Positions 12,390 through 26,741 of a stretch of 64,000 nt of DNA are shown one piece after another. Numbering within the stretch: position 1 is the first letter of the stretch; every line of letters starts with the position of its first letter. A program made the translations under genes and the position numbers. The DNA comes from Octopus vulgaris (lineage: Eukaryota), in the NCBI GenBank assembly GCA_951406725.2, contig OX597825.1:77500001-77564000 (forward strand), read 5' to 3'. A model generated the notes under the pieces. The model did no database searches, was not told the DNA's origin, and worked only from the letters and a program-made list of their open reading frames with translations.

Positions 12390-12758
12390 CATATATATAA
12401 TAAGCAGAGAAGCAAATTGCAAACGTCGGTATATATATTCATTCAATCCATTTCAAATTATCGAAATTCTTCACATTATTCAATATAAATAGATGCGTCC
12501 ACATATATGAGATATATGATAACAATTTATAAGAATTTATAAACACATATACAGAGGAAGATTTATAAATACATAAAAATTCATAAATATATAAAAATTT
12601 GTAAACACATAAAAATTCATAAATATATAAACACATATATATATATAAATACATAGATGTGCTTGCGGAGTCCGAATGTCCGTATTAGAATCAATGAGGA
12701 AGAGAGATAAGAAAGTTAGTATAAGATGATTCAAGAGGAATCCTAAATAGGTACAGAA

Positions 12759-12845
12759 TCTTAAGGCCGTTTCGAGAAGATGTAGGATGATATGGGCGAG
12801 CTAACTCCAACCATAGCAGTTATCTATACTTTTCTCATCCGAGTT
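12759..12845 (-). ncRNA. Degenerate Penelope-type hammerhead motif
   Basis: Minus strand: CGGAUGA-GAAAAG...CUUCUC-GAAA-CGGCCU-UA; core U4 and the stem III palindrome each have one change. Confidence 0.45.
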
Positions 12846-13382
12846 AAGGGATTCAAAGAGTTGTTAAAATTTTAAGAGATGTTTGAGGATTCGGAATTTT
12901 AAAAAAGCGAATATTTAATCGAACTATACTTTTCATGCAGAGGATATAATAAAATTAAAGGAACAGGTTAATGTAAATATATATATCTTACGGGGTTCCG
13001 CATATTTTTCTTCAATGAATTTCCCTGAGATATCATTGGTCGGCCGGGGGGCTATTTTAAAAGACACCAGGACGAGGTTATCCGCATTTGAACAGGACCC
13101 GAAATCACGTGGCTTCTAATCGAGTTTCGGAAACCACACAATCCCGCCTGGCCAGTTGCTGAGTTGTAGCAATCGCTTTCGATTAATAAATGAAATTTCT
13201 TTTCATAAAACAGTGTGACATTCATGACATTATTTTGTTTGAATTTGATATAGCTTCATAGCAATTCCAGAATTATTCTTGAAAACAATTAATCTTGCAG
13301 GGAGTTTCAATAACCAATTTTGCCCATAAACTTGGTTTACGTAAACGTCAAGGAGAGATCCAATTTACAAGACGTAATATTT

Positions 13383-14125
13383 GTTTATACTCTAGGCACA
13401 AGGCCCGAAATTTTGGGGGAAGGTCCATCCAAAACGATGAAAGGCAAAGTTGACATCGGCGGAATTTGAACTCAAAACAAAAAATCAGACGAAATACCGC
13501 TAAGCATTTCGTCCAGTGTGCTAACGTTTCTTATTTCTTTATTGCCCACAAGGGGCTAAACACAGAGAGGACAAACAAGGACAGACAAACGGATTAAGTC
13601 GATTGCATGGACCCCAGTGTGTAAATGGTACTTAATTTATCGACCCCGAAAAGATGAAAGGCTAAGTCGACCTCGGCGGAATTTGAACTCAGAACGTAAC
13701 AGACGAAATACCTATTTCTCTACTACCTACAAGGGGCTAAACACAGAGGGCACAAACAAGGACAGACAAACGGATTAAGTCTATTACATCGACCCCAGTG
13801 CGTAACTGGTACTTAATTTATCGACCTCGAAAGGATGAAAGGTAAAGTCGACCTCGGCGGAATTTGAACTCAAAACATAACGACAGACGAAGTACCTATC
13901 TTGACTACCCACAAGGGGCTAAACACAGAGAGGACAAACAAGGACAGACAAACGGATTAAGTCGGTTATATCGACCCCAGTGCGTAACTGGTACTTATTT
14001 AATCGACCCCGAAAGGATGAAAGGCAAAGTCGACCTCGGCGGAATTTGAACTCAGAACGTTGCAGCAGACGAAATACCACTAAGCATTTCGCCCGGCGTG
14101 CTAACGTTTCTGCCAGGAAGCCGCC
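13383..14125 (-). repeat. Family B SINE composite (three B2 units + one B1 unit) bounded by a 16-bp target-site duplication
   Basis: Unit boundaries at 13531, 13713 and 13897; TTACAAGACGTAATAT (13365-13380) and TTGCAAGACGTAATAT (14127-14142). Confidence 0.88.
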
Positions 14126-14610
14126 ATTGCAAGACGTAATATATTATGGCGAACATATATATTTATTCCAGCGTTTCAGGCCTTGATTACTTCGTGTTAC
14201 CTTAGGGCATATCATATTCTAGATTACATTAACGCACACACAGAAACATCTAAGAGTGTTTTCTGCGGTAGATTAATATACGAGAGAACGCTTGGCTGTG
14301 TATATTACAGACTCAGCCGAATTATATGTTTGTCGCGAGGTCATGTATTCGTAAATAAATTTGAGGACAATGTTTTGTGGTGTCTGGTTATTACTTTATT
14401 GAAATTCTGCCAAAGTAGAAGATAAATAAAATATATTTTTTTTCGAATAAATCTATAATAATGAAGATTCTCTATAAACCAGTAGCCTTTCAATGCGAGT
14501 GCGTATGCGATTCAGTACGTGTGTGGGAGGTGGGGAGGAGAGACAAAAACGGGGAAAAAGGCACCCACCTTCACACATACACAAATTAATTGTAGTAAGA
14601 GGGTATAATA

Positions 14611-14676
<66 letters not shown>

Positions 14677-14775
14677 TATAAGATAGTGGTTTCCTGGTGT
14701 CTAAATTCATATATACATACATACGTAAGTACATACATACATGTATATATAAACATATATAAATATATATATATA

Positions 14776-15270
14776 CTAGCATTATGGACCCGTCGTTGCC
14801 AGGTCATAGTTCTAGTGCATGTATATATGTGTATATATATGTGTACATATTACATGTACATCTATATATATACATTTACACATAAAATACAAAATACAAA
14901 GTTATATCATGATATCGCTAGTGATAACAATACTCAAAATATATAACAGACTGGAATTGTAAGCCCGCCTCTTGCAATTTCGATCAATTGTATCTTGTCT
15001 TCTCTCTTCTATAGAAGTGTTGCATACTTCCGTCTTGTATAGAAGTGTTGTATAGAAGGGGGGTGGGGCATTTTTAATTTTTTTCCGGGACGTCCTACGT
15101 CGCCGGTATAAAGGTAAAAATAAGATATTTCCACTTTGCAAGTTCGTGTCGAGTACCCCCTTGCACGCTCCGTTGACTCGAACCTTGCTTCTATTGTGGC
15201 GAATTTACCGCCTCTGGTTAGATATCTCTCATACTCGCACCAAGACACTTTTCGATGGTGCTTTCCTCTA
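14776..15270 (-). mobile_element. Helitron-like element; 3' terminus clear, 5' limit uncertain
   Basis: Minus strand ends in hairpin GACCTGGCAACGACGGGTC, then CATAATG-CTAG|T. Confidence 0.55.
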
Positions 15271-15603
15271 GATGTTCAAATCTTCTTTTTTCTCTACATT
15301 GTATACTTTATAGACAATAGTCGTTTCTTTAATTTAATTTTTTATTATCCATCTGGACTATTCCATTTCTGCACGCTAATTTTATTTTTTATTTATTCCC
15401 ATTCATGTGAAACCACTTATTCAAGTTCAAGTCATTGATGCAATTTTATACCAATTGCTATTTTTACTTTTGTTATGTTACGATTATATTATACTTTAGT
15501 TTGATTTTAATTATTACTAACTACAATTGCGTGAGAATGCATATATTTCTCTTCATATATATATGTGTATGTGTGTGTGAGCCTCTGTGCGTCTATATAA
15601 CTA

Positions 15604-15679
<76 letters not shown>

Positions 15680-15698
15680 CTATCTATCTATCTATCTA

Positions 15699-15776
<78 letters not shown>

Positions 15777-16060
15777 GTATGTATGTATGTATGTATGTAT
15801 GTATGTATGTATGCATGTATGTATGTATGTATGAATTTAGACCCAAGGGAAAAGTGAAACAGAGAAAGATCAATGGAGTGACGAAAGAAAGTACGATATT
15901 AAATTCAGTATGATTTATATTCTTTACAACATGACCAGATGTTTCAACTCTCATCAAAAGGATGCTGTATAAATATAAATGTGTGTGAGTCACTCTCTCT
16001 AAATGTATATATATTATACATAGATGTAGATATACATAGAAGTATATATATATATATATA

Positions 16061-16400
16061 TCTTATTATAAAAGGCAGATTTTATCTGCCTCCCTTTGGG
16101 AGTTATAGAAATCTACAATATAGGATTTCTTCAATTACAATTTACCTAGCATTTTTAAGAGTAGAATGCATCGCGTCATGCCAGGTCCAGTTTTTAAAAT
16201 TTAAACTCCAATTAAGCAAAATTTACAGAAAACTCGCATTCTGGTGTGTGTGTCAAATGCTTTTCTTAGTCTGGTTTACACCACACGGAAACGCACACAC
16301 ACAGTGGGCAACGAATAAAATGAAAGTAATTCACTTACTGTAGTGAGTGATTCTTTCACTCTGCCTCCCACTTCCTCTTTCCACACATAGACACGCAAAT
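16061..16400 (+). mobile_element. Helitron-like 5' end; 3' end not found
   Basis: A|TCTTATTATAAAAG start resembles the element at 17619; adjacent hairpin AGGCAGATTTTATCTGCCT. Confidence 0.4.
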
Positions 16401-16567
16401 ATATAAATAAAATTGTAAGCTAACGTGCGTGTGTGTGAGTGTGTGTGTGTGTGCGCGTGTGTGTGTGTGTGAGGGTGCGTGTGTGTGTGTGTGTGTGCGT
16501 GTGCGTGAGTGTGTGACAGGAAAGTTTTTGACGACGAATATAAGACCTATATCCAAGTAGCAGAAAG

Positions 16568-16831
16568 ATAAGACAGTAAGGTGTGATTTGAGGGAGATTT
16601 GGCTGCTATTTCTACCATGTCTAGCTGCCATGTAGGGGTCTCCCTCATAGGCTCATACATACATATATACATAGATAAGACAGTAAGGTGTGATTTGGGG
16701 GAAATTTGGCTGCTATTTCTACCAGGTCTAGCTACCATGTAGAGGTCCCCCTCATTGGCTCATATATATATACATACATAAGACAGTAAGGTGTGATTTG
16801 AGGGAGATTTGGCTGCTGTTTCTACCAGGTC
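16568..16831 (+). repeat. Tandem repeat with a unit of about 105 bp, 2.5 copies
   Basis: ATAAGACAGTAAGGTGTGATTTG..GATTTGGCTGCT at 16568, 16675 and 16778. Confidence 0.9.
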
Positions 16832-16902
16832 TGTTAGGCCTTCTCATGTAAACTCAAGCTTTCTCATGCCTTGAACATAAGACCAAAGCAGAGAATGTAT
16901 TC

Positions 16903-17115
16903 TTTTATTCTTCTGCTTTTTCCAGCCATTGGTCTGTGGCCATGCTGGGGCAATGCCTTGAAGAATTGTAGTTTAATGAATCAACTCCAGTTTTATTTTT
17001 GTAAGCATTGTACTTATTCTATCTGTTTCCTTTGTCAAACCACTAGGTGACAGGGATGTAAACAAACCAACATTCGTTGTCAAGCAGTGGTGGAGGACAA
17101 TCACAAGCACAGACA
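16903..17115 (-). mobile_element. SINE family A, diverged 3' half
   Basis: GTGGCCATGCTGGGGCA...GTACTTATTCTATC...GTTGTCAAGC matches the family A tail. Confidence 0.7.
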
Positions 17116-17197
17116 CGTATACACACACACATACATGCATACACATATACACACATACATACATACATACATATATATATATGTGTGTATATATATA

Positions 17198-17520
17198 TTG
17201 CAGCGTGGAAGGTGTTTGTAAGCCATTTAAGAAATACACAAAAACCGTTACATTCACTTCAACATTTAAATTTAATTTGCCAAAATATTTTCGTCGCTTT
17301 GAGACCGCGACCTGTTCACTGACAAAAATATCGTGCTAACAGGTCGCGGTCTCAAAGCGACGAAAATATTTTCACAAATTAAATTTAAATGTTGAAGTGA
17401 ATCTAACGGTTTTTGTGTGTTTCTTAAATGGCTTATAAACACCTTCAACGCTGCAACTGTTTTCGTTCCAGCACACGATCTCAGATCAAGTCACTTGCTA
17501 TGCAAGTACATCTCTGTAAC
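17198..17520. mobile_element. TA-flanked fold-back element: 119-bp inverted arms, 21-bp spacer, unpaired 3' extension
   Basis: 17198-17316 versus 17338-17456 near-perfect reverse complement. Confidence 0.9.
17276..17326 (-). ncRNA. Minimal hammerhead motif with variant G3-C8 core
   Basis: Minus strand: UUUGUCA-GUGAACA-G-GUCGC(GGUCUCAAA)GCGAC-GAAA-AUAU-UU-UGGCAAA. Confidence 0.6.
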
Positions 17521-17618
17521 TATATATATATTTATATATATATATATGTGTATATTGGTAAAAACAGTAAGATAACAAAAGAAAGAAAGAGACCTCAATA
17601 TTATGTAAATAGAGGAAA

Positions 17619-18012
17619 TCTTTATATATAAAAGTGAGGTTGTGTGTCTGTCTCCTACGATTTAGATTCCTAACTACTCCCACATTTTGCGGTGCAGTTT
17701 AACCAAAACCGGGTATCTTATAGTCGTGATTCATATCGAGACCGTCTGGGTATTAGCGCGCGTCTACGATGAGTCTACGATTTAAAAAAAAAATTACCAT
17801 CAATTTTTCCCATTTTTAATCCATTTTTGACATATATAAGGGAAGTAACTCTCTAAAATTTATTATTAAATCTCAGAACGTAAAAAGCTACAGTAACACC
17901 CCTCCCCCTTTGTGGTTAGCCATATTGAGATGGCTATTATACTTTACATCTCTAAAAATGCTTATATAATTATTTCCCTTACAAACCCGAGCAACGCCGG
18001 GCGATACTGCTA

Positions 18013-18013
<1 letters not shown>
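17619..18013 (+). mobile_element. Complete non-autonomous Helitron
   Basis: A|TC start (TCTTTATATATAAAAG), subterminal hairpin CCCGAGCAACGCCGGG (17986-18001), CTAG|T end, no TSD. Confidence 0.88.
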
Positions 18014-18060
<47 letters not shown>

Positions 18061-18068
18061 GGACGCCA

Positions 18069-18103
18069 CTGAGGAGAACCCAATAAGGTTCGAAAATCGA
18101 TTA
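18069..18103 (+). ncRNA. Hammerhead core remnant without stem I
   Basis: CUGAGGA-GAACC(CAAUAA)GGUUC-GAAA-AUCGAU-UA; the flanks do not pair. Confidence 0.5.
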
Positions 18104-18349
18104 AGATTGTTCATCGTTTTCTTAGTCTACGGAGAATTGGTTAAAATTTGCTCTGTTTATAATTATACCATAAGTTAGGTATACATTATACCATGCATTG
18201 ATACTGTGTGGACTAAGATCCCCGTTGACAGCCCTCTGGTATTTACAGAGTATTAAACACTTTCGGTATGCAATTTAAGGACTCTTCCATATATTATCTG
18301 CTGTATTTATTGCGTATATGTGGAGGTGCAATGGCCCAGTGGTTAGGGC

Positions 18350-18985
18350 TTCGACCACGGCCTTCAGACGACTTCGGAAACTCCTGCAACTCCTCTGGAC
18401 GGTTTCCTTCTTGGTGAATTCTTCCATAATCCTTGCCTTCAGTTCATCTTTGGCGTTACAAGGAATTTTGTTGGTCTCTCGCCCCACACATAAAAATCAG
18501 GGGGATTGCAGTCTGAAGAGTTAGGTGGCTACCTTTTAGGGATGATGTGGTCGCAGAAATTGTCTGACAGGAATGACTGGGTTCTCCTCCTTGTGTGGCA
18601 TGGTGCAGGGTCCTGTTGCAAAACATAGAGTCTTCTAGCAGCCATTTTTTTTACCCAAGGCAGCACCAACTCCCTCATGAACTTCATGTAGAGTCTTAGG
18701 CCGGTTGGGAAGTTGAATAAAGGCATAAGGTTACCATCACTAGGGATCACTCCAAACACCATGATGTTGACTAGATATCTGTTTTTTATAACTCTCGGTT
18801 TATGTTCCCAGAATGCACTGTTCTCAGATTGACACCCAGACGTTCTGAAATGTTCTGGCAGAGTGAATTACGTCATAATGTTGGTTTTCACACAGACGGT
18901 GCCCAACTGACCCTACTATATTGTGTTGTTGGGAAAATCAAAAACAAACAATGCGCGTGCGCGAAATTAAAAATAGAATATAACA
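18350..18985 (-). pseudogene. Decayed, internally deleted Tc1/mariner DD37D (maT-like) transposon
   Basis: MVFGVIPSDG...YVLQQDPAPCHTRRRTQSFLSDNF...PPNSSDCNP..RETNK...FRSRLKAVVEA with stops and frameshifts. Confidence 0.88.
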
Positions 18986-18990
18986 TGATA

Positions 18991-19304
18991 GGAGCACTCC
19001 GTCGGTTGCGACGATGAGTGTCCCAGTTGATCCGATCAATCGAACAGCCTGCTCGTGAAATTAACGTGCAAGTAGCTGAGCTCTCCATAAACACGTGTAT
19101 CCCTCAGGGAGATTCAGCTTGACACAGAGTGTGACACGGCTGGCCCTTTGAAATACAGGTACATCTCATTTTTGATAGCTGTTTGGACTGGAGCAACGTG
19201 AAATAAAGTGTCTTGCTCAAGGACACAATGCGTCGCTTGGAATTGAACTCACGTCTTTACAATCAAGTGTCGAATGCTCTAACCACTAAACCACGCGTCT
19301 TCAC
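18991..19304 (-). mobile_element. tRNA-derived CORE-like SINE, family D
   Basis: Minus strand: tRNA head (GTGGTTAGAGCATTCGAC..GAGTTCAATTCC), then GTGTCCTTGAGCAAGACACTT, then a distinct tail. Confidence 0.8.
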
Positions 19305-19372
19305 AATATAATATAACATATAATATGATGTGTATATAACATGATATATGATATAATATTACATAATATTTT

Positions 19373-19432
<60 letters not shown>

Positions 19433-19772
19433 ACATGGACTGCTTTCGGTTTCCGTCTACCAAATCCGTTTGGTCGGCTCAGATTTATAGTAAAGTTCCC
19501 ATACAATGGGATCAACCCGGATCCATGTGCTTTGGAAGCAAATTTCTTGCATGTATAGCAGAGTACTATAGTTTTCATGAAGTATTGTCTGATATCCATA
19601 AAGTTTTTCTTGTTTCAAGCCAAAATATTGCAACTTATAAAGCATAACAGAAGCTGATGGTTTGAACGTTTACCTTGTATTTCGTATGCCAGTTAAAAGT
19701 ACAAACCATTGACTTCTCCAATGCTTATAACTTGCGTCGTATTGGCTTTTAAAATTGGTTAAACATACACAC

Positions 19773-19835
<63 letters not shown>

Positions 19836-20247
19836 CATACACACACACACACACACAAACACAGAAACACACACACACGCACGAAAGTGACTCGATAAAT
19901 CTCCACACAGTCGCATATGCAAACATATATTCGTACATCCCTAAATACCTCCATTTACACATACACATACAAACACATACACACAAATACACACACACAT
20001 ATATATTCATGTATCAAAACACTCACACAGACACACATACACACAAACATACACACATTTATAGGCTACTATGGGCGCAGATATATACCTACGTACTACC
20101 ATCACAGACATTGAAATAGGAGAATTATTCTGTAAAGTGTTACACCGCTTGAAACACTGTTTAAAGGGAAAATAAAACCGAAGTCCATATGCTAAGTGCG
20201 ATATAATAAATTAAAGCCAAATCACATGAGTAGCAGCAGCAGCAACG

Positions 20248-20317
<70 letters not shown>

Positions 20318-20670
20318 TAGTAGTAGTAATAGTAGTAGTAGTAGTAGATTTCTTATGGAAATGATATATATATTGAAAGTAGCAAGAATGAAATATTGCT
20401 GTAATGTTCTGACTGTTGGTTTGTTTGTTTGTTTTGTATATACTTTTGCGTTGTTTTGTTTCACAAATGTTGGTATATAATAAGTATGGCGTATATCTTT
20501 CCATTTTTTGCCGAGTGGTATGCATAAATGTATCTGTCCATCTGTATCTATATCTAGCTATCTATTTATCTATGTATCTATCTATTTATCTATTGATATA
20601 TATGTGTGTTTGTGTGTGAGTGAATGTGTGTGTATGTATATTATAGTATGTTATATGTGTGTAGTGTTGT

Positions 20671-20751
<81 letters not shown>

Positions 20752-20814
20752 GGACAGAAAGACAGACATACAGAAAGATAGACATGCAGACAAAAAGGTA
20801 GACACAGTCAGATT

Positions 20815-20962
<148 letters not shown>

Positions 20963-21264
20963 TAAGTAGGTAGATATATACCCCTATGATATACATAAGG
21001 TTTTCTTAAGTGTGTGTATGTGTGTGCACGCGTCCGTTTGCACGAGTGTGTAAGTCAATAAATTATATAGAAATAAAGAATACAAAACAGACCCACAGAA
21101 TGACAACATACATATATATATATATATTTTATCTTTTTCCAGAGAGTTTTCTTGATATTTCTCAATCGTTTTTTGTCCTTCCTTATTTTATCTGTTTCTT
21201 CATCTCATCCTTTTCAGAAATCACCTATTCACCCTCACTACCTTCCTTTCTTCCCATCCCTCTC

Positions 21265-21330
<66 letters not shown>

Positions 21331-21547
21331 ATATCTCGCTCATACATACAGACATACATACATATATATACACATATATATATACAAACACGTACATCTA
21401 CACATATCTAAATATACAGATACATATGCATATATATATTTATATACATGAGTGCAAATATATATATATGGATATATATATATGCATATGTGTGTATGTG
21501 TCTTTGTATATATATATATATATACATACATCTATACATATATATAC

Positions 21548-21626
<79 letters not shown>

Positions 21627-21720
21627 TAAATATATATATATATATACATATATGTATATGTATATGTGTGTATATATACATATACATACATATATACATA
21701 TATATACATATATAAATATA

Positions 21721-21803
<83 letters not shown>

Positions 21804-21995
21804 ATATATATCACAATTCTGTACATTTTCCTACCAACATTAAGAACGACGAGGCCATGTGAAATATCCCTTTATTTCCTTCCGTAATCACACATAACAC
21901 CAGCTTTACGCACATTCACGTGACTGCGGCTCTGGAAAAGAGTAACAAATAAATTATTAGAAATAAAGAATACAAAACAGACCCACAGAATGACA

Positions 21996-22057
<62 letters not shown>

Positions 22058-22120
22058 TGTATATATATATATATATGTATAGGTGTATGTATGTATGTAT
22101 GTATGTATGTACACACACAC

Positions 22121-22164
<44 letters not shown>

Positions 22165-22619
22165 ATACACAAATATGTATGTATGTATGTATGTATGTAG
22201 ATGCGGTTTGAAGCCCTTCTTCATATTCTTTTCCCTGTTCCGAATAACAATGAGATCCCATATTTCATGTGACATGAGTAAATCATGGATATTTTATCAG
22301 GGATTCGTTGATAATCCCCTCGAAGATATAAAAATTTATTTGTAAGAGTTGAAAAGGAGAAGAAGCAGGGTAGACGGTTGTGGGGGGTGGAGATAATAAG
22401 AGGGAGCACTAGGGATGGGAAGGGGTCCGGTGTGGAGCGGTTTCTTGTGCGTGTTGAAAATACATAGATATTAAAGAGAATGAACTTGAAAGAAAAATTA
22501 GGACATTGAAAACAACTCTTATGTGATACAGAATGGGTTTGAGTTTTCAGTGTATATCAGGAGGTGTTGTTTATTGTGTGTATGTGAATGAATGTGTGTG
22601 TGGTTAGGTATTTGTTAAC

Positions 22620-22669
<50 letters not shown>

Positions 22670-22761
22670 ATCATATATGTAACATGCAAACACATGCAAA
22701 TACATGTGAATATATATATATATATATGTATATGTGAATATATATATATGTATATATGTGA

Positions 22762-22794
<33 letters not shown>

Positions 22795-23382
22795 TATGTC
22801 TGTCATCTGTCTGTCTGTCTGTCTGTCTGTCAGTCTCTCTCTCTCTCTCTCTCACTGTATATATGTGTACAAGTATTACTCATTTCGACCAGCTGAGTGG
22901 AATGGAGCGACAGAATGAGAGAGAAAGATAGACAGATAGACTTAAGGATACATACACACACACACACACACATACATATATATACACATATATATATACA
23001 CATAAATGTATGACACGTATATACTGATAGGCATAATACATATATATAAATATACTAAAAGATGTAAATATCATAATATATATGTATGCATGTATGTATA
23101 TATGATTGTATGATTGTGTATATATCTATATACATATATATATGTACATGTGTATCGGACACATGTTGCCCTGTCTGCTGTATGTTCACCTTGGGATAGA
23201 AGAATTTATGTGACGGAATGGTTTAAAGGTGATCTATAGACCTTGGCATTAAATGCTGACCCTTTTTAGGTATTATCGTTTCGTTTTTACTTTTTTGTTT
23301 CTTCTCTTATATTCGAAGTTTAGCGTGTGGTAAATCTTAAAAGCACAGACTCTTAGACTTTATAGATATCTGTACCTATCTT

Positions 23383-23415
<33 letters not shown>

Positions 23416-23487
23416 ATCATATATGCATTATGCATGTGTGTATTATATATATATATCCACAAAAGCGCAAAGAGATACAAATACACA

Positions 23488-23524
<37 letters not shown>

Positions 23525-23624
23525 ACACACACACATATATATATCCACCAACACTCAAACACATCCAAATACATCGAAATACAGACGAGCACAGATACAC
23601 CATATAAATGAAAAGATATTGAAG

Positions 23625-23880
23625 GAAGGATAAAATGAAGCTCCTTCCCGAGTCATACATCCAGACTCACAGGAGCGGTTTCCCTTTTTCCTTGGCGAAT
23701 ATATTCTCTCACTGGATGGGACGCTAGTCCATCAAAAGATTACTCATTTCTACCAGCTGAGTGGAATGGAGCGACATGAAATGAGGAGTTTTGTTCAAGA
23801 ACGCAACGGAATATCCGGTTCAGGAATTGAAACCAAAACCTTACGATCATGAATCCAACACCCTTTACCACTATGCCACA
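23625..23880 (-). mobile_element. Diverged SINE, family E (head + CORE-like block + tail shared with family C)
   Basis: CAGCTGAGTGGAATGGAGCGACATGAAATG block like family D; CCTTGGCG..GGGACGCTAGTCC tail like family C; a 40-bp piece is repeated near 22875. Confidence 0.7.
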
Positions 23881-24341
23881 ATGAAGGAAGACACAACGAG
23901 AATTTGGAACGTTACACTATTACAGCAAATCGGATAATGGGATATTCCAAACTCACAGCTTTCTCAGAGTCTTTCTCGTGATATGGCGATCGGGAATTTG
24001 ATCTCCAAGATTACAAATGCTCTCTAACACTTCATAACCTTCATATTTCTGAATATAATCCAAACCATTGCTTGTTTGGAATGTTATAGTTTATTGAATT
24101 TTTTATTGATTAAATTTTAATAAAATTCTGATTCTAAATTATTGCTTTTCCCATCAATTTTATTTTTACTAAATCTTAACAGCGAAATTAAATTTCATAG
24201 TTATTCTAGTAATAATGTTAGATATCTACCAAAAATAGAATTGGTATTTTGCAAGTCACGTTGCCACATTAGTCTTGACGTATTATAACAGAAAATCATT
24301 CCCAAAATGACACTTTTGAACAAAAAAAATATATATAAATA

Positions 24342-24506
24342 GGTGCAGGAGTGGCTGTGTGGTAAGTAGCTTGCTTACCAGACACACGGTTCCGGGTTCA
24401 GTCCCACTGCGTGGCACCTTGGGCAAATGTCTTCTACTATAGCCTCAGGCCGACCAAAGCCATGTGAGTGGATTTGGTAGATGGAAACTGAAAGAAGCCC
24501 GTCGTA

Positions 24507-24577
<71 letters not shown>

Positions 24578-24792
24578 TTGTGTGTGTGTGTGTTTGTCCC
24601 CCTAGCATTGCTTGACAACCGATGCTGGTGTGTTTATGTCTCCGTTACATAGCGGTTCCGCAAAAGAGTCCGATAGAATAAGTACTGGGCTTACAAAAGA
24701 ATAAGTCCCGGGGTCGAGTTGCTCGATTAAAAGGCGGTACTCCAGCATGGCCGCAGTCAAATGACTGAAACAAGTAACAGAGTAAAAGAGTA
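24342..24792 (+). mobile_element. SINE family A, full length
   Basis: Head with GGTTCAGTCCC B box, CCTTGGGCAAATGTCTT, internal (TA)n(TG)n, complete tail. Confidence 0.9.
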
Positions 24793-25174
24793 TATATTGT
24801 GTTGGAAACTAAATTCCAGCGGTTTTTAAAAATTTTGGAATCTATTTTTTTTTTTTCGAGAATTCTATTTTTGAATCATTTCGGAATCTATTTTGCTTTT
24901 TTTTTTTCTTTCTAGTTAATTTTAGTTAATTTTTATTTTCAGAACATTTCAAATCTATGCAACTGTGCCAAATTCGCAACCGGCAAAACAGCTGCGCCCA
25001 AGAGTCTGGTTTCATTCCAAGAATAAGAATAAACAAAAAAAAAAACGTAAACAAAACAAATATCAGAATCAAATGGATTGTTAACGGAAGAGATAGTGTT
25101 CTTTGGAATAAAAACATAAACCAAAGAGTATCTCCATATTTCTTCATTGTGCAGAAGAAAACTTACTATAAAGA

Positions 25175-25222
<48 letters not shown>

Positions 25223-25471
25223 CGCGTATACACTCTTCTCACCTATGAAAATTGAAGGTCGTTTATGCTTATGAATCGATAAAATACTGTTGAAATCTTA
25301 CGACTGCCAGAGAAGGAGACCCAAAACCATGCTAGCAGAATAATGGTAAGAATAACAAAAAAAAATGGGAGTTTTAGTTTACGCGTTATTTTCAAAAGAT
25401 ATTCCGTATGTCTGTTATTATTCTTCAGTTTCCATCATTTTTACTTTCGTTGATTTTGTGTATGTGTGTGT

Positions 25472-25503
<32 letters not shown>

Positions 25504-25597
25504 CTGTGTATATGTGTGTGTGCGTGTGCGCGCGTGTGTACTTTAAATTCCGGAGGATTTCGCATGTTTATAAGTTATCATCACCTTTGTCAAACAT

Positions 25598-25636
<39 letters not shown>

Positions 25637-25999
25637 ATAAAAATATACATACATATATACACAGATACATATATATGTGTGTATATATGTATAATAATAT
25701 TTACATTTACATTTACAAACATACCCACACACAAACATATATATATATATATATATACATATATATACAAGTGCATATATACGCATATATCTACATATGT
25801 ATAAACGTATATGCATATATATATATATATACACGCAAACACAAATACACATATATCACACAGACTAACGTATACACACACATACACACGCGCACACAAA
25901 TATATATCTAGCGACACACTGACACACGCAAAGCATATCTGCATATGTTGTCCTCTATAACTGTTTTTACTTGTAAAATGTCTCTCTCTCTCTCACTCA

Positions 26000-26058
<59 letters not shown>

Positions 26059-26274
26059 TCCTACATGTACCCGTTGTAACGCTTATTGACATAAGTAAAT
26101 CCGATGGCAAAGCTCGAGCCGAGTGCGTGATGACATAGAAATACATGATATTAGAGTTTGTATACAATGAACCGGTATTGGGCAGAGGTGGCGGCGGAGA
26201 AGGGTCGGCGGCAGTGGATAGAATAGGTTATGTTTCTCATAAAATGAAAGATGTATGTGCTACATACATACATA

Positions 26275-26332
<58 letters not shown>

Positions 26333-26363
26333 TAAACACTTACACATACATATATATACTAAT

Positions 26364-26399
<36 letters not shown>

Positions 26400-26500
26400 T
26401 ATTATATATATATATATATATATATAGACAGAGAGAGAGAGAGAGAGAAATGCATATATGCATATAAATGTTTGTGTATATATTTTATATATATATATAT

Positions 26501-26547
<47 letters not shown>

Positions 26548-26684
26548 TACACATACATATGTATACATATATGGCTGACGAATAGCATCATGCTTAAGAA
26601 TCAAGAGTACCAACGAATATATATACATATATATACATATATACATATACACACACACATGCATATATATACATACATATATTT

Positions 26685-26741
<57 letters not shown>

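Noticed and set aside
12988-13320. TA|CGGGGT mariner-like terminus
   Set aside because: No matching inverted end or transposase remnant was found.
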